Source of the DNA: a bacterium
GTDB lineage: Bacteria; Zhuqueibacterota; Zhuqueibacteria; Zhuqueibacterales; Zhuqueibacteraceae
Reading direction: 5' to 3'
Length of the DNA stretch: 64,000 bases
Assembly: GCA_044869275.1 (NCBI GenBank)
Contig: JBIOXB010000143.1
Coordinates: forward strand, 13,004 to 77,003
A program made the translations under genes and the position numbers. Within the stretch, counting starts at the first letter, position 1. Each line of letters opens with the position of its first letter. The notes beneath the pieces were generated by a model. It did no database searches. It was not told where the DNA came from and was given only the letters and a program-made list of their open reading frames with translations. Positions 1-10,135 of this stretch are shown in pieces.

Positions 1-225
1 AAGCAGGCGATCATCGTCAATGATCCCAAAACTTATCAACTGCCGAGCTTCGGCATCAACACCAATTATCTGTTTGCGAAAGAAGATTTTTACTTCGTCT
101 ATCCGACGAATTACCACTATTATCTCAATTACTATCGCGACAGTTTGCAGCATGGCGGCGTCTCCATGGAAGAAATAATCCTGCCGGTCGTGCGTTTGGA
201 ATCTTTGCGGGCGCGCGGCAGATGA
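1..225 (+). CDS. porX: 3' end of PorX-like response regulator with PglZ/alkaline-phosphatase domain (partial, 5' end outside window)
   Basis: Frame 1 translates to ...[34 protein letters not shown]...*, matching the PglZ C-terminal motif (QHGGxSxEExIxP) of PorX. Its stop overlaps the tsaE ATG (ATGA). Not in the ORF track. Confidence 0.8.
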   Translation, partial: KQAIIVNDPKTYQLPSFGINTNYLFAKEDFYFVYPTNYHYYLNYYRDSLQHGGVSMEEIILPVVRLESLRARGR

Positions 226-716
226 ATGCCGCGCCGGTCAAATCCTCGGAGTTGCGTGAAGCCTTGCGCGGGGAAAGAGCCCTGCACTTGCGTTCGGAGT
301 CGCCCGAAGAAACACGCGGTCTGGCGTCGAAGCTGGCGAGGTTGCTGACCGGAGGCGATCTCGTGCTTTTGTTTGGCGATCTCGGCGCCGGCAAAACCAC
401 TTTTGTGCAGGGACTCTGCGCCGCGCTCGGGGTGCAGGATAAAATCACCAGCCCGACCTTCACCCTCATGCACATTTATCACAGCGCCGCGCTCACGATT
501 TATCATTTCGATTTTTATCGCCTGCAAACCGTGGAGCAGATCGTCGCGCTTGGTGTCCAGGAGTATTTCGAAGGCGAGGGGATCTGTGTGATCGAATGGC
601 CGGAGCGCGCGTTGCCGCTGCTGCCGCCGCGCGCCGTGCGCGTGCAATTATCGCTGCCGGATTCTACCGATCAGCCCCGCACTCGCTTCATTGAAATCGC
701 ACGGCACGCCGCATGA
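222..716 (+). CDS. tsaE: tRNA threonylcarbamoyladenosine biosynthesis ATPase TsaE
   Basis: [10 protein letters not shown]-loop, [14 protein letters not shown] and IEWPE motifs; next to tsaB. Confidence 0.95.
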   Translation: MNAAPVKSSELREALRGERALHLRSESPEETRGLASKLARLLTGGDLVLLFGDLGAGKTTFVQGLCAALGVQDKITSPTFTLMHIYHSAALTIYHFDFYRLQTVEQIVALGVQEYFEGEGICVIEWPERALPLLPPRAVRVQLSLPDSTDQPRTRFIEIARHAA

Positions 717-1429
717 TTTTGGGAATCGAGACCGCGACACCGGTTTGCAGCGTGGGAATGGCGGAGGGCGATCGCCTGCTCGCGGAAATCAATTTCGACA
801 TCAAAAACTTGCACGATCGCGTGCTGGCCGAAGCCATCCAGCACCTGCTGCGCTGGAGCAGCACCAGCTTGTCGAAAATTCTGGCGATCGCAGTTTCCGC
901 CGGGCCAGGTTCCTTTACGGGGCTGCGCATCGGCATGAGCGTGGCGAAAGGGCTGGCCTTCGCCCAGAACAAGCCGGTCATCGCGGTGAATACCCTCTTG
1001 TTGCAGGCGGCGGCGGCGGCAAGCCATGCGCAGGCATTCGCGCGAGGCCGTGGCCTCGATTATTCCGCCGTGCGCATTGTGCCCGTCATCCATTCGCGGC
1101 GTGGCGAGGTATATACGGCGACCTATACCGCGAAGGCATCGTTGCCGGAGCTCATGGAAGCTGAAAAAGTGACGGCGGCTTCGAACCTGGTGCATGCACT
1201 CAGCGGCCTGTCTGTATTGTGCGGCAGTGGCGTCGCGGCTTTGCGCGAAGCGGGTTTGCATGAAAACGCAGAGCATACTCTTGCACTTTCCGAATATGAG
1301 GCGCCTCTGCGCGGCGGCTTGGTGGCGCGAGTGGGTGCCCTCAAGTACCAGCGCGGCGAGATCACGAACGCCAATGCCCTCGAGCCGTTTTACGTGCAAG
1401 CATTCGTGACCGGGGAGAAGGGCAAATGA
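713..1429 (+). CDS. tsaB: tRNA threonylcarbamoyladenosine biosynthesis protein TsaB
   Basis: ILGIETAT start, GPGSFTGLRIG motif, C-terminal LEPFYV. Confidence 0.95.
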   Translation: MILGIETATPVCSVGMAEGDRLLAEINFDIKNLHDRVLAEAIQHLLRWSSTSLSKILAIAVSAGPGSFTGLRIGMSVAKGLAFAQNKPVIAVNTLLLQAAAAASHAQAFARGRGLDYSAVRIVPVIHSRRGEVYTATYTAKASLPELMEAEKVTAASNLVHALSGLSVLCGSGVAALREAGLHENAEHTLALSEYEAPLRGGLVARVGALKYQRGEITNANALEPFYVQAFVTGEKGK

Positions 1430-1947
1430 ACCGGATGGCCTCCGTTGCGCCTCCCCCCGCGCAGCATGTTGAAATCACATTACCCGGCGGCTTCTTTTTG
1501 CGCGCGATGCAAATGGAAGATCTGCCTCAAGTCGCCGCCCTTGAAACGCAGAGCCAGCGCGATCCCTGGCCGCAACAATCTTTTCGCGCGGAGCTGGAGA
1601 ACCCCAGAGTGTCGCGGCCCATGGTCATGGTGCGAAAAACTGAAATTGCTGGCTTCATCGTTCCCTGGTTCATAGAAGACGAAGTGCAGATCGCGAATAT
1701 TGCGGTCAAAGCGAACTACCGCCGGCAGGGCTTGGGAAGTGTCATGCTCTCGCAAATAATTCACTGGGCGCAGCGGTGCCAATGTCGCGCAGCTTTCTTG
1801 GAGGTGCGCCGATCGAACCTGGCCGCGCGCCGTCTGTATGAAAATTTGGGATTTGTCGAAGACGGATGCCGCCGGCAGTACTATGGACGCGAACAGGAAG
1901 ACGCGATTTTGATGAGGAAGAACTTGGCGCCGGAACATAACCATTGA
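1426..1947 (+). CDS. rimI: Ribosomal protein S18 alanine N-acetyltransferase (GNAT)
   Basis: NIAV...YRRQGLG, LEVRRSN..ARRLY..LGF...RRQYY...EDAILM; usual position after tsaB. Confidence 0.9.
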   Translation: MNRMASVAPPPAQHVEITLPGGFFLRAMQMEDLPQVAALETQSQRDPWPQQSFRAELENPRVSRPMVMVRKTEIAGFIVPWFIEDEVQIANIAVKANYRRQGLGSVMLSQIIHWAQRCQCRAAFLEVRRSNLAARRLYENLGFVEDGCRRQYYGREQEDAILMRKNLAPEHNH

Positions 1948-1961
1948 CCAAAGAGGGAGCT

Positions 1962-2900
1962 ATGGACTGGTTTAAGCGCGCGACCCAAGGCTTGGTTTCG
2001 CAAAAAAAGAAAGACATGCCCGATCTCTGGATCAAATGCACCTCGTGCAGCGAAATACTGTACAAGCCGGACTTCGAAAAAAATTTTTCCGTGTGCATGA
2101 AATGCGGCTATCATTTTCGCGTATCCGCGCGCACCTACATTCGTTTCCTGCTGGATGACAACAGCTTTCAGGAAACCAACGCCAATATCGCACCGATCGA
2201 TATTCTGAAATTCAAAGGCACCAAACGCTACGCGGATCAGCTCAAGGACGCCGCGCGCAAATCCGGCGGCCACGACGCGGCAATTACCGGCGTCGGCCAG
2301 CTCGCCAACCGCCGCCTCGTGATCGCGGTAATGGATTTCAGCTTTATCGGCGGCAGCATGGGCTCGGTGGTGGGCGAAAAAATCGCCCTGAGCTGCGACG
2401 CGGCATTGCAGCACGGTGCCCCGTTGATCATCATCAGCGCTTCCGGCGGGGCACGCATGATGGAGGGCGCACTCTCGCTCATGCAGATGGCGAAAACCTC
2501 CGCACGGCTGGCACGTCTCGCCGACGCGGGATTGCCTTACATTTCGATTCTCACCCATCCCACCACCGGCGGCGTCACCGCAAGCTACGCCATGCTGGGC
2601 GATGTGATCATTGCCGAGCCGGGCGCTTTGATCGGTTTTGCCGGCCCGCGCGTCATCAAGCAAACCATCGGGCAGGATTTGCCGGAGGGCTTCCAAACGG
2701 CGGAGTTTCTGCTCAAGCACGGCTTTGTCGATCTCATCAGCCCGCGGCCGCAATTGCGCGCACAGCTCGAAAAGATCTTCGGTGTCTTCATGCCGGACGC
2801 CGCTGGCAGCGAGGCCAGCAACGGTATGATGCGCGAAGCGGAAGTACAACTCGGCGCGCGCATCAATTCCACGCTGCCACAAGGAACTGAGCTGTCATGA
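1962..2900 (+). CDS. accD: Acetyl-CoA carboxylase carboxyltransferase beta subunit
   Basis: LWIKC..C zinc finger, GGSMGSVVGEK, SGGARMMEG, PTTGGVTAS, GFAGPRVI. ATG at 1962 follows GAGGGAG. Confidence 0.95.
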   Translation: MDWFKRATQGLVSQKKKDMPDLWIKCTSCSEILYKPDFEKNFSVCMKCGYHFRVSARTYIRFLLDDNSFQETNANIAPIDILKFKGTKRYADQLKDAARKSGGHDAAITGVGQLANRRLVIAVMDFSFIGGSMGSVVGEKIALSCDAALQHGAPLIIISASGGARMMEGALSLMQMAKTSARLARLADAGLPYISILTHPTTGGVTASYAMLGDVIIAEPGALIGFAGPRVIKQTIGQDLPEGFQTAEFLLKHGFVDLISPRPQLRAQLEKIFGVFMPDAAGSEASNGMMREAEVQLGARINSTLPQGTELS

Positions 2901-3664
2901 AGAAACCGCACATTCTGCTCACCAATGACGACGGCATTTTTGCGCCGGGCCTCTATGCGCTTTATCTCGCCCTGCGCGATCTGGCCGAGGTCACGGTGGT
3001 TGCGCCGGACAGCGAGAAAAGCGCGGTCGGACACGCGATCACGATTTCGGATCCCTTGCGCGTCACCGACTTTGAAAAAAACGGCGAGTTTTTCGGGCAC
3101 GCCGTCAAGGGCACGCCCTCAGATTGCGTGAAGCTGGCGTATTTCGCCCTGTTGCCACAGAAGCCGGACATGGTCGTTTCCGGCATCAATTACGGCTCGA
3201 ATACCGGCATCAACGTGATCTATTCCGGCACGGTCTCCGCCGCGACCGAGGGCACCATTCTGGGCCTGCCTTCATTCGCGATTTCCCTGGCAACTTTCAA
3301 AGACGCCGATTTCGCCTATGCGGCGAAATTTGCCGCCGCTTTGACGAAAAAGATTTTGGAAGAGGGACTGCCCCACGGCATGTTTTTGAACGTGAATGTC
3401 CCCAACGTGCCCGAACCGCAGATTCGCGGCGTGGCGATCACGCGCATGGGCAATGCCATGTACGACGACAAATACGACAAGCGCATCGATCCGCGCAACC
3501 GCGTCTACTATTGGCTCACCGGTTCCAAAGTTGAATTGAACGAAGGCCTCGAAACCGACGACGGCGCCATCGAGCAAAACCAAGTCAGCGTCACGCCCTT
3601 GCATTTCGATTTGACCAAATATGACTTTTTGCAGAATTTGAAAAACTGGCAGTTGCAAAAGTGA
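2897..3664 (+). CDS. surE: 5'/3'-nucleotidase SurE
   Basis: ILLTNDDG, GTPSDCV, SGINYGSN, YSGTVSAA motifs. Confidence 0.95.
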   Translation: MKKPHILLTNDDGIFAPGLYALYLALRDLAEVTVVAPDSEKSAVGHAITISDPLRVTDFEKNGEFFGHAVKGTPSDCVKLAYFALLPQKPDMVVSGINYGSNTGINVIYSGTVSAATEGTILGLPSFAISLATFKDADFAYAAKFAAALTKKILEEGLPHGMFLNVNVPNVPEPQIRGVAITRMGNAMYDDKYDKRIDPRNRVYYWLTGSKVELNEGLETDDGAIEQNQVSVTPLHFDLTKYDFLQNLKNWQLQK

Positions 3665-5205
3665 AGATACACGACTTGATCCTCATCCTCGATTTTGGCT
3701 CGCAATATACCCAACTAATCGCCCGCCGCATCCGCGAGCTCGGTGTTTATTCCGAAATCAAATCCGCCTACACGCCTTTCGACGAGATTGCTGCACTGCA
3801 GCCCGCCGGCATCGTGCTCTCCGGCGGCCCGCGCTCGGTTTACGAAGAGCGAGCGCCGTCGGCGGACAAGCGGCTGTTCGAGCTGGGGATTCCCGTGCTC
3901 GGGCTTTGTTACGGCCAGCAGTTGATCGCGCATTTGCTCGGCGGCAAAGTGCAGGCGACAACAGAGCGCGAATACGGCCTGGCGGAAATGGAAATTGTGC
4001 AGCAGGACGCGATTTTCCAGGGCGTGGAGGCGCACACACGCGTGTGGATGAGCCACGGCGATGCCGTGATCGCCATGCCCACCGGGTTCGTGGCCCTGGC
4101 CCAAACCTCCAACGCGCCGCTTGCCGCCTTCGGAAACCTTGAACAAAGCATCTACGGCTTGCAGTTTCATCCGGAGGTGACCCACACCGCGCAAGGCACG
4201 CAGGTTTTGAAGAACTTTGTGTTCAATGTTTGCCATTGCCGGGCGACGTGGTCGCCGAAAAATCTGATCGCATGGACGGTGCAAGCGTTGCGCGAACGCA
4301 TTGGGCAAGAACACGTGCTCTGTGCATTATCCGGCGGTGTGGATTCGGCGGTGGCCGCCGCCTTGGTGCATCGCGCCATCGGCAGGCAATTGCATTGTGT
4401 GTTCGTCGATCATGGTCTGCTTCGCAAAAACGAGGCGGCACAAGTGCGCGCGACCTTCTCGCAATACTTTGGCGAGGCATTTCATGGTGTTGATGCTTCC
4501 GGGATTTTCTTGCAGCGCCTGTGCGGCGTGATCGACCCCGAGCAAAAGAGAAAAATCATCGGCGAGCAATTCATTCGCGTATTCGAAGCCGAGGCGCGGC
4601 GGCTGGCAGGCATTCGCTTTCTCGTGCAAGGAACCTTGTATCCCGATGTGATCGAAAGCTTTTCGCCGCGCGGCGGCCCGTCCGTGACCATCAAGACGCA
4701 TCACAACGTCGGCGGCTTGCCCGCCGATCTCGGCCTGGAATTAATCGAGCCTTTGCGCGATTTGTTCAAAGACGAAGTCCGCAGCCTGGGCCGCGAACTG
4801 GGGCTGGACGAAAGCATTATTGGCCGCCACCCTTTTCCCGGGCCCGGATTGGCAGTGCGCATTCTCGGCGAAATCACGCCGGAACGATTGACGATCTTGC
4901 GCGAAGCCGATGAGATTTTTATCAGTGAATTGCGCGCCTCCGGTTGGTACGATCAAACGTGGCAGGCATTTGCGGTTTTATTGCCCATTCAGTCCGTTGG
5001 CGTCATGGGCGATTATCGCACGTATGAAATGGCGATTGCTTTGCGCGCCGTCTCCTCGGTGGACGGCATGACCGCCGCGTGGGTGCATTTGCCGCATGAT
5101 TTGCTGGGGAAAGTTTCCTCACGCATTACCAATGAGGTACGAGGCATCAACCGCGTTGTGTATGATATCAGCAACAAGCCGCCGAGCACGATCGAATGGG
5201 AGTAA
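3661..5205 (+). CDS. guaA: GMP synthase (glutamine-hydrolysing)
   Basis: LDFGSQYTQLIARR, QFHPEV, SGGVDS, IKTHHNVGG, HPFPGPGL, KPPSTIEWE. Confidence 0.98.
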   Translation: MKIHDLILILDFGSQYTQLIARRIRELGVYSEIKSAYTPFDEIAALQPAGIVLSGGPRSVYEERAPSADKRLFELGIPVLGLCYGQQLIAHLLGGKVQATTEREYGLAEMEIVQQDAIFQGVEAHTRVWMSHGDAVIAMPTGFVALAQTSNAPLAAFGNLEQSIYGLQFHPEVTHTAQGTQVLKNFVFNVCHCRATWSPKNLIAWTVQALRERIGQEHVLCALSGGVDSAVAAALVHRAIGRQLHCVFVDHGLLRKNEAAQVRATFSQYFGEAFHGVDASGIFLQRLCGVIDPEQKRKIIGEQFIRVFEAEARRLAGIRFLVQGTLYPDVIESFSPRGGPSVTIKTHHNVGGLPADLGLELIEPLRDLFKDEVRSLGRELGLDESIIGRHPFPGPGLAVRILGEITPERLTILREADEIFISELRASGWYDQTWQAFAVLLPIQSVGVMGDYRTYEMAIALRAVSSVDGMTAAWVHLPHDLLGKVSSRITNEVRGINRVVYDISNKPPSTIEWE

Positions 5206-5269
5206 ATCGCCCTGTTTTTGTTCACTTTCCGAGGAAATCAAATTTGAAAAGCGCCACGACAGCTAACGC

Positions 5270-5836
5270 ATGACCGATCTTGCAGAAAAGCTCAACCTGC
5301 CCGAAGACAGCCTCATTCTGTTCGTCCTGGGCCTGGTGATTCTGTTATTTGGGCAAAGATTGGTGATCCTGCTGATCGCGGTCGCGGCATTTTACATCAC
5401 GGCGCAGGCGGCAAAGAAGTACTTCGGTGACGCTTCCCGCACTACGGTGCTGGTCCTTGCTTCGCTGGCGGGTATCGCCACGGGCGTTTTCACGAAAATG
5501 TTCCGGAATATCGCGATCGGCATTGCGGGCTATACCATCGCCGGATTTGTCTTGTCTTCGCACGCCGGCTCCTGGGGCCTCGTCAAACCCGAGAATGAGC
5601 GTTTCGTGTTCGTCCTGGGCGGCGTGCTCGGCGCTCTGCTCGTTGCTTTTGCGCTGGATGCGGGATTGAGAATCATTTCCTCCATTTTAGGCGCGGTGTT
5701 GGTGGTACAGTATTTTCAGCTCGAGGCTGAGATCAGCAAATGGCTCGCGCTTTTGCTGGCGTTGATCGGTTTTTTCATTCAAGCTGGGCTCATCAACGCA
5801 TTGAAGAAGGGCAAGAAATCTTCTGAAAAAAAATGA
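5270..5836 (+). CDS. Multi-pass membrane protein (DUF4203/TMEM198-like)
   Basis: About six hydrophobic Gly-rich helices and a basic C-terminal tail; family call by resemblance only. Confidence 0.6.
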   Translation: MTDLAEKLNLPEDSLILFVLGLVILLFGQRLVILLIAVAAFYITAQAAKKYFGDASRTTVLVLASLAGIATGVFTKMFRNIAIGIAGYTIAGFVLSSHAGSWGLVKPENERFVFVLGGVLGALLVAFALDAGLRIISSILGAVLVVQYFQLEAEISKWLALLLALIGFFIQAGLINALKKGKKSSEKK

Positions 5837-5980
5837 GCCTGCGCATTTGTGCTCGGCTCGCATACCAGCCTCGCAGAAATGCTGGCACAGTCTTGTCACC
5901 AGCACATACCAGTTCACCAGGCGAGGTTTCGCGCCAACGTGTCCCGGCGTGGACACTGCGGGCTGGCCTGGTATTTTAGC

Positions 5981-6010
5981 TTGCTTTTATTATGGCCGCT
6001 TTGTTATTTT
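5981..6010 (+). promoter_or_regulatory. Putative sigma70-type promoter for glmS
   Basis: TTGCTT-18 nt-TATTTT, about 190 nt upstream of the glmS start. Confidence 0.4.
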
Positions 6011-6202
6011 AGCGCCCGAAGTGTCCCCGGTGTGCGCTTGGTTTGAATGTGCGCGCGGCGAGACCTGCGCGAAGACTGTCAATCATCATTTTCTAGGATA
6101 CCGAACCGTTCAGGATATCAAACTGGGTTCCACCCGTTTTTACTGAGATGACAACCGTCTCGCAATTCTGATTTATCTCATCCGTCAGCAGAAGGAGCTC
6201 CC

Positions 6203-8035
6203 ATGTGCGGCATTGTAGGGTATGTCGGTGCGAAACCCATCGTTCCGCTATTACTCGAGGGCCTGAAACGCCTGGAGTACCGCGGTTATGATTCCGCGGG
6301 CATCGCCGTGGTTTCCGAGGGAAGATTGCAAATCGAAAAACAGCCCGGCAAGCTCGTGAATTTGGAAAAACGCATGGCGGGCCTCAAACGCAATGGCAGC
6401 GTCGGCATTGCGCACACGCGCTGGGCCACGCACGGGGTGCCGAACGAAGTCAATGCCCATCCCCACACCGACAGCCACAATCGCATCGCGTTGATTCACA
6501 ACGGGATCATTGAAAACTATGAAGCCATCAAACGCGAGCTTACCAAGAAAGGCCACGAATTTCGCAGCCAGACGGATACCGAAGTGCTGGTGCATTTGAT
6601 CGAGGAGTTTCACAAGAGCGGATTGACGTTCGAAGAGGCGGTGCGCGCCGCACTGGCGCAAGTTGAGGGCACTTACGGCATCGCAGTGATTTCATGCGAC
6701 CATCCCGGCGTGCTCATTGCCGCGCGGCGCGGCAGCCCGCTGGTGGTGGGCCTGGGTAACAATGAGAATTTCGTCGCTTCCGATGCGGCGCCGATTATCG
6801 AGCATACCAAGAACGTCACTTATCTCGACGACGGCGAGATGGCCATCGTGCGGGAGGAAGGTATCGAGGTCAAAACCATCGATAATCAGCCCGTCAACAA
6901 AGTCGTCGAGAAAATCGCGTACGACATCGACCGCATCGAAAAAGGCGGGTTCGATCACTTCATGATGAAAGAAATCATGGAGCAGCCCCAGTCCATCAAT
7001 GACGCATTGCGCGGCCGTTTGCTGGCGGAGGAAGGCACGGCGAGATTGGGCGGCATCCGCCATGAAATCGATTCGCTGCTGTATGCCCGGCGCATTCTCA
7101 TCACCGCCTGCGGCACCTCCTGGCACGCGGCGCTAATCGGCGAATACATGCTGGAAGAATTCGTGCGCATTCCGGTGGAAATCGAATATGCCAGTGAGTT
7201 TCGCTATCGCGATCCGGTCATTGACCGGGACGTGGTGGTGATCGTGATCAGCCAGTCCGGCGAAACCGCAGACACCTTGGCTGCGCTGCGCGAGGCGAGA
7301 CGCAAGGGCGCGAAAGTGTTCGGCATCTGCAATGCCGTAGGCTCGACCATCGCGCGCGAGACCGACGGCGGCGTGTTTCTGCATGCCGGCCCGGAAATCG
7401 GCGTGGCTTCAACCAAGGCCTTCACTTCGCAATTGACCGTGCTCTCTTTGCTCACGCTGTTGCTGGCGCGCATGCGCAGCATGTCGGCCGGCAAAGGCCG
7501 CGAGATCGTACAGGAGATGCAAGCGTTGCCGAAGAAGATCGAGGCGATCTTGGCGCAGCGCGAGCAGATCAAAAAAATTGCCGAGATCTATTATCAGGCC
7601 AGCAACTTCCTTTATCTTGGCCGCGGCTACAATTTCCCCGTGGCGCTCGAGGGCGCCCTGAAGCTGAAAGAAATCTCTTACATTCACGCCGAGGGCTATC
7701 CGGCGGCGGAAATGAAGCATGGTCCGATCGCGCTGATCGACGAAAACATGCCGGTGGTGTTCATTGCCACGCAAGATTCCACCTACGACAAAATCGTCAG
7801 CAACATCGAAGAAGTGCGCGCGCGCAAGGGCCGGGTGATTGCCATCGCCACCGAGGGCGACCAGGAAATTCGCAAACGCAGCGATCACGTCATCTACATT
7901 CCTCGTACCATCGAAATGCTGACCCCGATTTTAACCATCATTCCTTTGCAGCTCATGGCCTATTACATCGCCATCTTGCGCGGCTGCGACGTAGACCAAC
8001 CCCGCAATCTCGCGAAGAGCGTAACCGTCGAATGA
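6203..8035 (+). CDS. glmS: Glutamine-fructose-6-phosphate aminotransferase
   Basis: MCGIVG N-terminus, LEYRGYDSAG, HTRWATHG, SQSGETADT, PRNLAKSVTVE. Confidence 0.98.
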   Translation: MCGIVGYVGAKPIVPLLLEGLKRLEYRGYDSAGIAVVSEGRLQIEKQPGKLVNLEKRMAGLKRNGSVGIAHTRWATHGVPNEVNAHPHTDSHNRIALIHNGIIENYEAIKRELTKKGHEFRSQTDTEVLVHLIEEFHKSGLTFEEAVRAALAQVEGTYGIAVISCDHPGVLIAARRGSPLVVGLGNNENFVASDAAPIIEHTKNVTYLDDGEMAIVREEGIEVKTIDNQPVNKVVEKIAYDIDRIEKGGFDHFMMKEIMEQPQSINDALRGRLLAEEGTARLGGIRHEIDSLLYARRILITACGTSWHAALIGEYMLEEFVRIPVEIEYASEFRYRDPVIDRDVVVIVISQSGETADTLAALREARRKGAKVFGICNAVGSTIARETDGGVFLHAGPEIGVASTKAFTSQLTVLSLLTLLLARMRSMSAGKGREIVQEMQALPKKIEAILAQREQIKKIAEIYYQASNFLYLGRGYNFPVALEGALKLKEISYIHAEGYPAAEMKHGPIALIDENMPVVFIATQDSTYDKIVSNIEEVRARKGRVIAIATEGDQEIRKRSDHVIYIPRTIEMLTPILTIIPLQLMAYYIAILRGCDVDQPRNLAKSVTVE

Positions 8036-9972
8036 TCCATTCTCGAAGAATCTCACCAGCGTTAGGCGCGGCGGCGGGCGCGGCGATGATGATCGTCGTG
8101 CACGCCCTGCCGTTTTCCTTGGCACACGCCCAAGAAACGCTGGACACCAAGCAGTCTTTTCAACGCGGCGTGACTGCTTTGCAGGAAGGCCGCTATACTG
8201 AAGCGCAGCAGGCTTTCAGCCGCATCACTGCGCGAGGCAGGGAAGAAGCGCTGTATACTGCGGCGCTCTATTTAGAGGCGCGCAGCGATTTCCAGCTGGA
8301 CAATCCCGCCGCGGCGGCGCAAAATTTGCGCCTGCTGCTCGAAGCCGGTCCTAAAAGCCGTTACGCCGAACACGCACATTATCTGCTCGGCGTGCTGGCA
8401 TACCGTGAAGGCAATCACGTCGAGGCGGCGAATGAATTCTTGTGGGTGGTGGATCGCGGCCAGACGCCGGGGCTGAAAAATGCCGCGCTGGCGCATGCGC
8501 AAATCCTTTTCGACGATTATTTGCAGCCCGCGGACATGCGCCGCCGCTTGCGCCGCGACTATCTCGGGACGGAAGGACTGGCGCTGGTGGCGCTCAAGCT
8601 GGCGCGCGCGGAGCTGGCGCAGGGCCGCCGCGCCGAGGGCCAAAAACTCATCGATGATTTTTTGCGGCTCTATCCCAACACCGTCCAGCGCAAACAGCTT
8701 GAGCAATGGGACGCTCTGCCCGAAAGTGTGGATACCCGCATCGTGCGCATCGGCGTGATCCTGCCGCTGACCGGCGTGGACAGCGAGGCAGGACGTGCCC
8801 TGCATCGCGGCATTCGCTATGCTCAATTGACAAAGAAGAATGGCGAGCGTTTGGTGGCGCAAGCCAATGCGGGCAGCAGCCCTACGAACAGCACGCCACC
8901 GGTCGATTTTGTCGTGCGCGATTCGGAAAGCAGCATCGTGGGCTCTCTCAAGGCGGCGCAATTGCTGCTGTCCGATCCCAGCATCGTGGCTCTGGTCGGT
9001 GAATTTGACGGCGCTGCCAGCGCCGCGATCGCGGCTTTGGCGCAGGAAAAGGGCAGGCCGATCTTGATCCCCGTGGCCACGGAGGACGGCTTGACCAATC
9101 TCGGCGAAAACGTTTTTCAAATGAATGCCAGCCGTGAAACCAAGGGCCGGGCTTTGGCCGAATACGCGTTCCGTTATTTGAATTGCCGCACCTTCGTCAC
9201 GATCGCCCCACAAGAAAGTTACGGCCACGAAATGACCGACGGTTTCAGCGCGGCGGTAGATAGCTTGGGCGGTGAGATTCTCGCCCAGAAATGGTACTAC
9301 GGCGAGCCCGCGGACTTGAGCCGCATGCTCAAGGCGCTGCGCGAATCGGCTTTGCGCCGTGGCCTGGAAGACAGCTTGCGCGCGAGCGGTGTCACGGTGA
9401 ACGCCGGCAATCGCGAAGGCTTCTGGCGCGATTACAGCTATCGCGTCGCGCTGAGCAACAAAGATCGCCAGGGGGCGGTGGAGGCGCTCTCGCACCCCGT
9501 CAAAAATGTTTCCGCCGTTTTCTTGCCGCTGTATGTCGAAGATATTCGCCTGGTCCTGTATCAATTGTATTCCTTCAACATTCAAGGCTTGCGCCTGGGC
9601 AGCGAGCACTGGCAGGAATTGGATGCCGACGCGCGCCGCGAATTGAACCGCCTGCTGGACGGCGTGGTGTTCACGAGCGACTATTTCGTGGATTGGGAAA
9701 GCGAAGCCGCACGGCAGTTCCGCACCGCTTTCCGCAAAGCGATGGGCGCGACGCCCGAGCGCTACGAAGTATTCGGCTACGACGCGGCCTCGATTATGCT
9801 GGCCTGCGTGCGCCAGGGAGCGAAACAGCCGCAGCAATTCCGCCAGGCGATGGGCGCACTTTCCAGTTATCCCGGCTTGAAGGGACCGATCGATTTGAAC
9901 AATCCCAAGCGCGTCAATAGCAGCGTCAATATTCTGCAATATTCGGGGAACGCTCTGAGGAAAGTAAGATAG
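8032..9972 (+). CDS. Exported TPR-repeat plus type I periplasmic-binding-fold protein (LpoA-like)
   Basis: Signal peptide ending AHA-Q, N-terminal TPR/BamD-like helices, then IGVILPLTG...GYDAA...GLKGPI as in the LivJ/LpoA C-terminal fold. Confidence 0.7.
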   Translation: MIHSRRISPALGAAAGAAMMIVVHALPFSLAHAQETLDTKQSFQRGVTALQEGRYTEAQQAFSRITARGREEALYTAALYLEARSDFQLDNPAAAAQNLRLLLEAGPKSRYAEHAHYLLGVLAYREGNHVEAANEFLWVVDRGQTPGLKNAALAHAQILFDDYLQPADMRRRLRRDYLGTEGLALVALKLARAELAQGRRAEGQKLIDDFLRLYPNTVQRKQLEQWDALPESVDTRIVRIGVILPLTGVDSEAGRALHRGIRYAQLTKKNGERLVAQANAGSSPTNSTPPVDFVVRDSESSIVGSLKAAQLLLSDPSIVALVGEFDGAASAAIAALAQEKGRPILIPVATEDGLTNLGENVFQMNASRETKGRALAEYAFRYLNCRTFVTIAPQESYGHEMTDGFSAAVDSLGGEILAQKWYYGEPADLSRMLKALRESALRRGLEDSLRASGVTVNAGNREGFWRDYSYRVALSNKDRQGAVEALSHPVKNVSAVFLPLYVEDIRLVLYQLYSFNIQGLRLGSEHWQELDADARRELNRLLDGVVFTSDYFVDWESEAARQFRTAFRKAMGATPERYEVFGYDAASIMLACVRQGAKQPQQFRQAMGALSSYPGLKGPIDLNNPKRVNSSVNILQYSGNALRKVR

Positions 9973-10135
9973 CTCCACCTCCTCCCTTCGTCAAAGACGG
10001 GTGTTCGCATGCACATGCTGGCCGGCCAACACGTGCACGGGCGAACCGGCAAGCATTTTCTCTGGATTGATTTTGGCTGATCTGGGTGGAGTTCTTTCAG
10101 CACGAACCTTAAACACGAACTCAGGAGAAAGGTCA

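Noticed and set aside
6011..6160. Canonical glmS ribozyme
   Set aside because: Only the first ~10 nt (AGCGCCCGAA) resemble it; the core GACGAGG and ATCGA...CGGCGGRTGC elements are not present.
8272..9978. Long antisense ORF (568 aa), and likewise 13792-14955, 21635-22720, 40346-42061, 46253-47401 and 57258-58670
   Set aside because: These shadow well-supported genes on the opposite strand, carry no motifs and are expected in GC-rich DNA.
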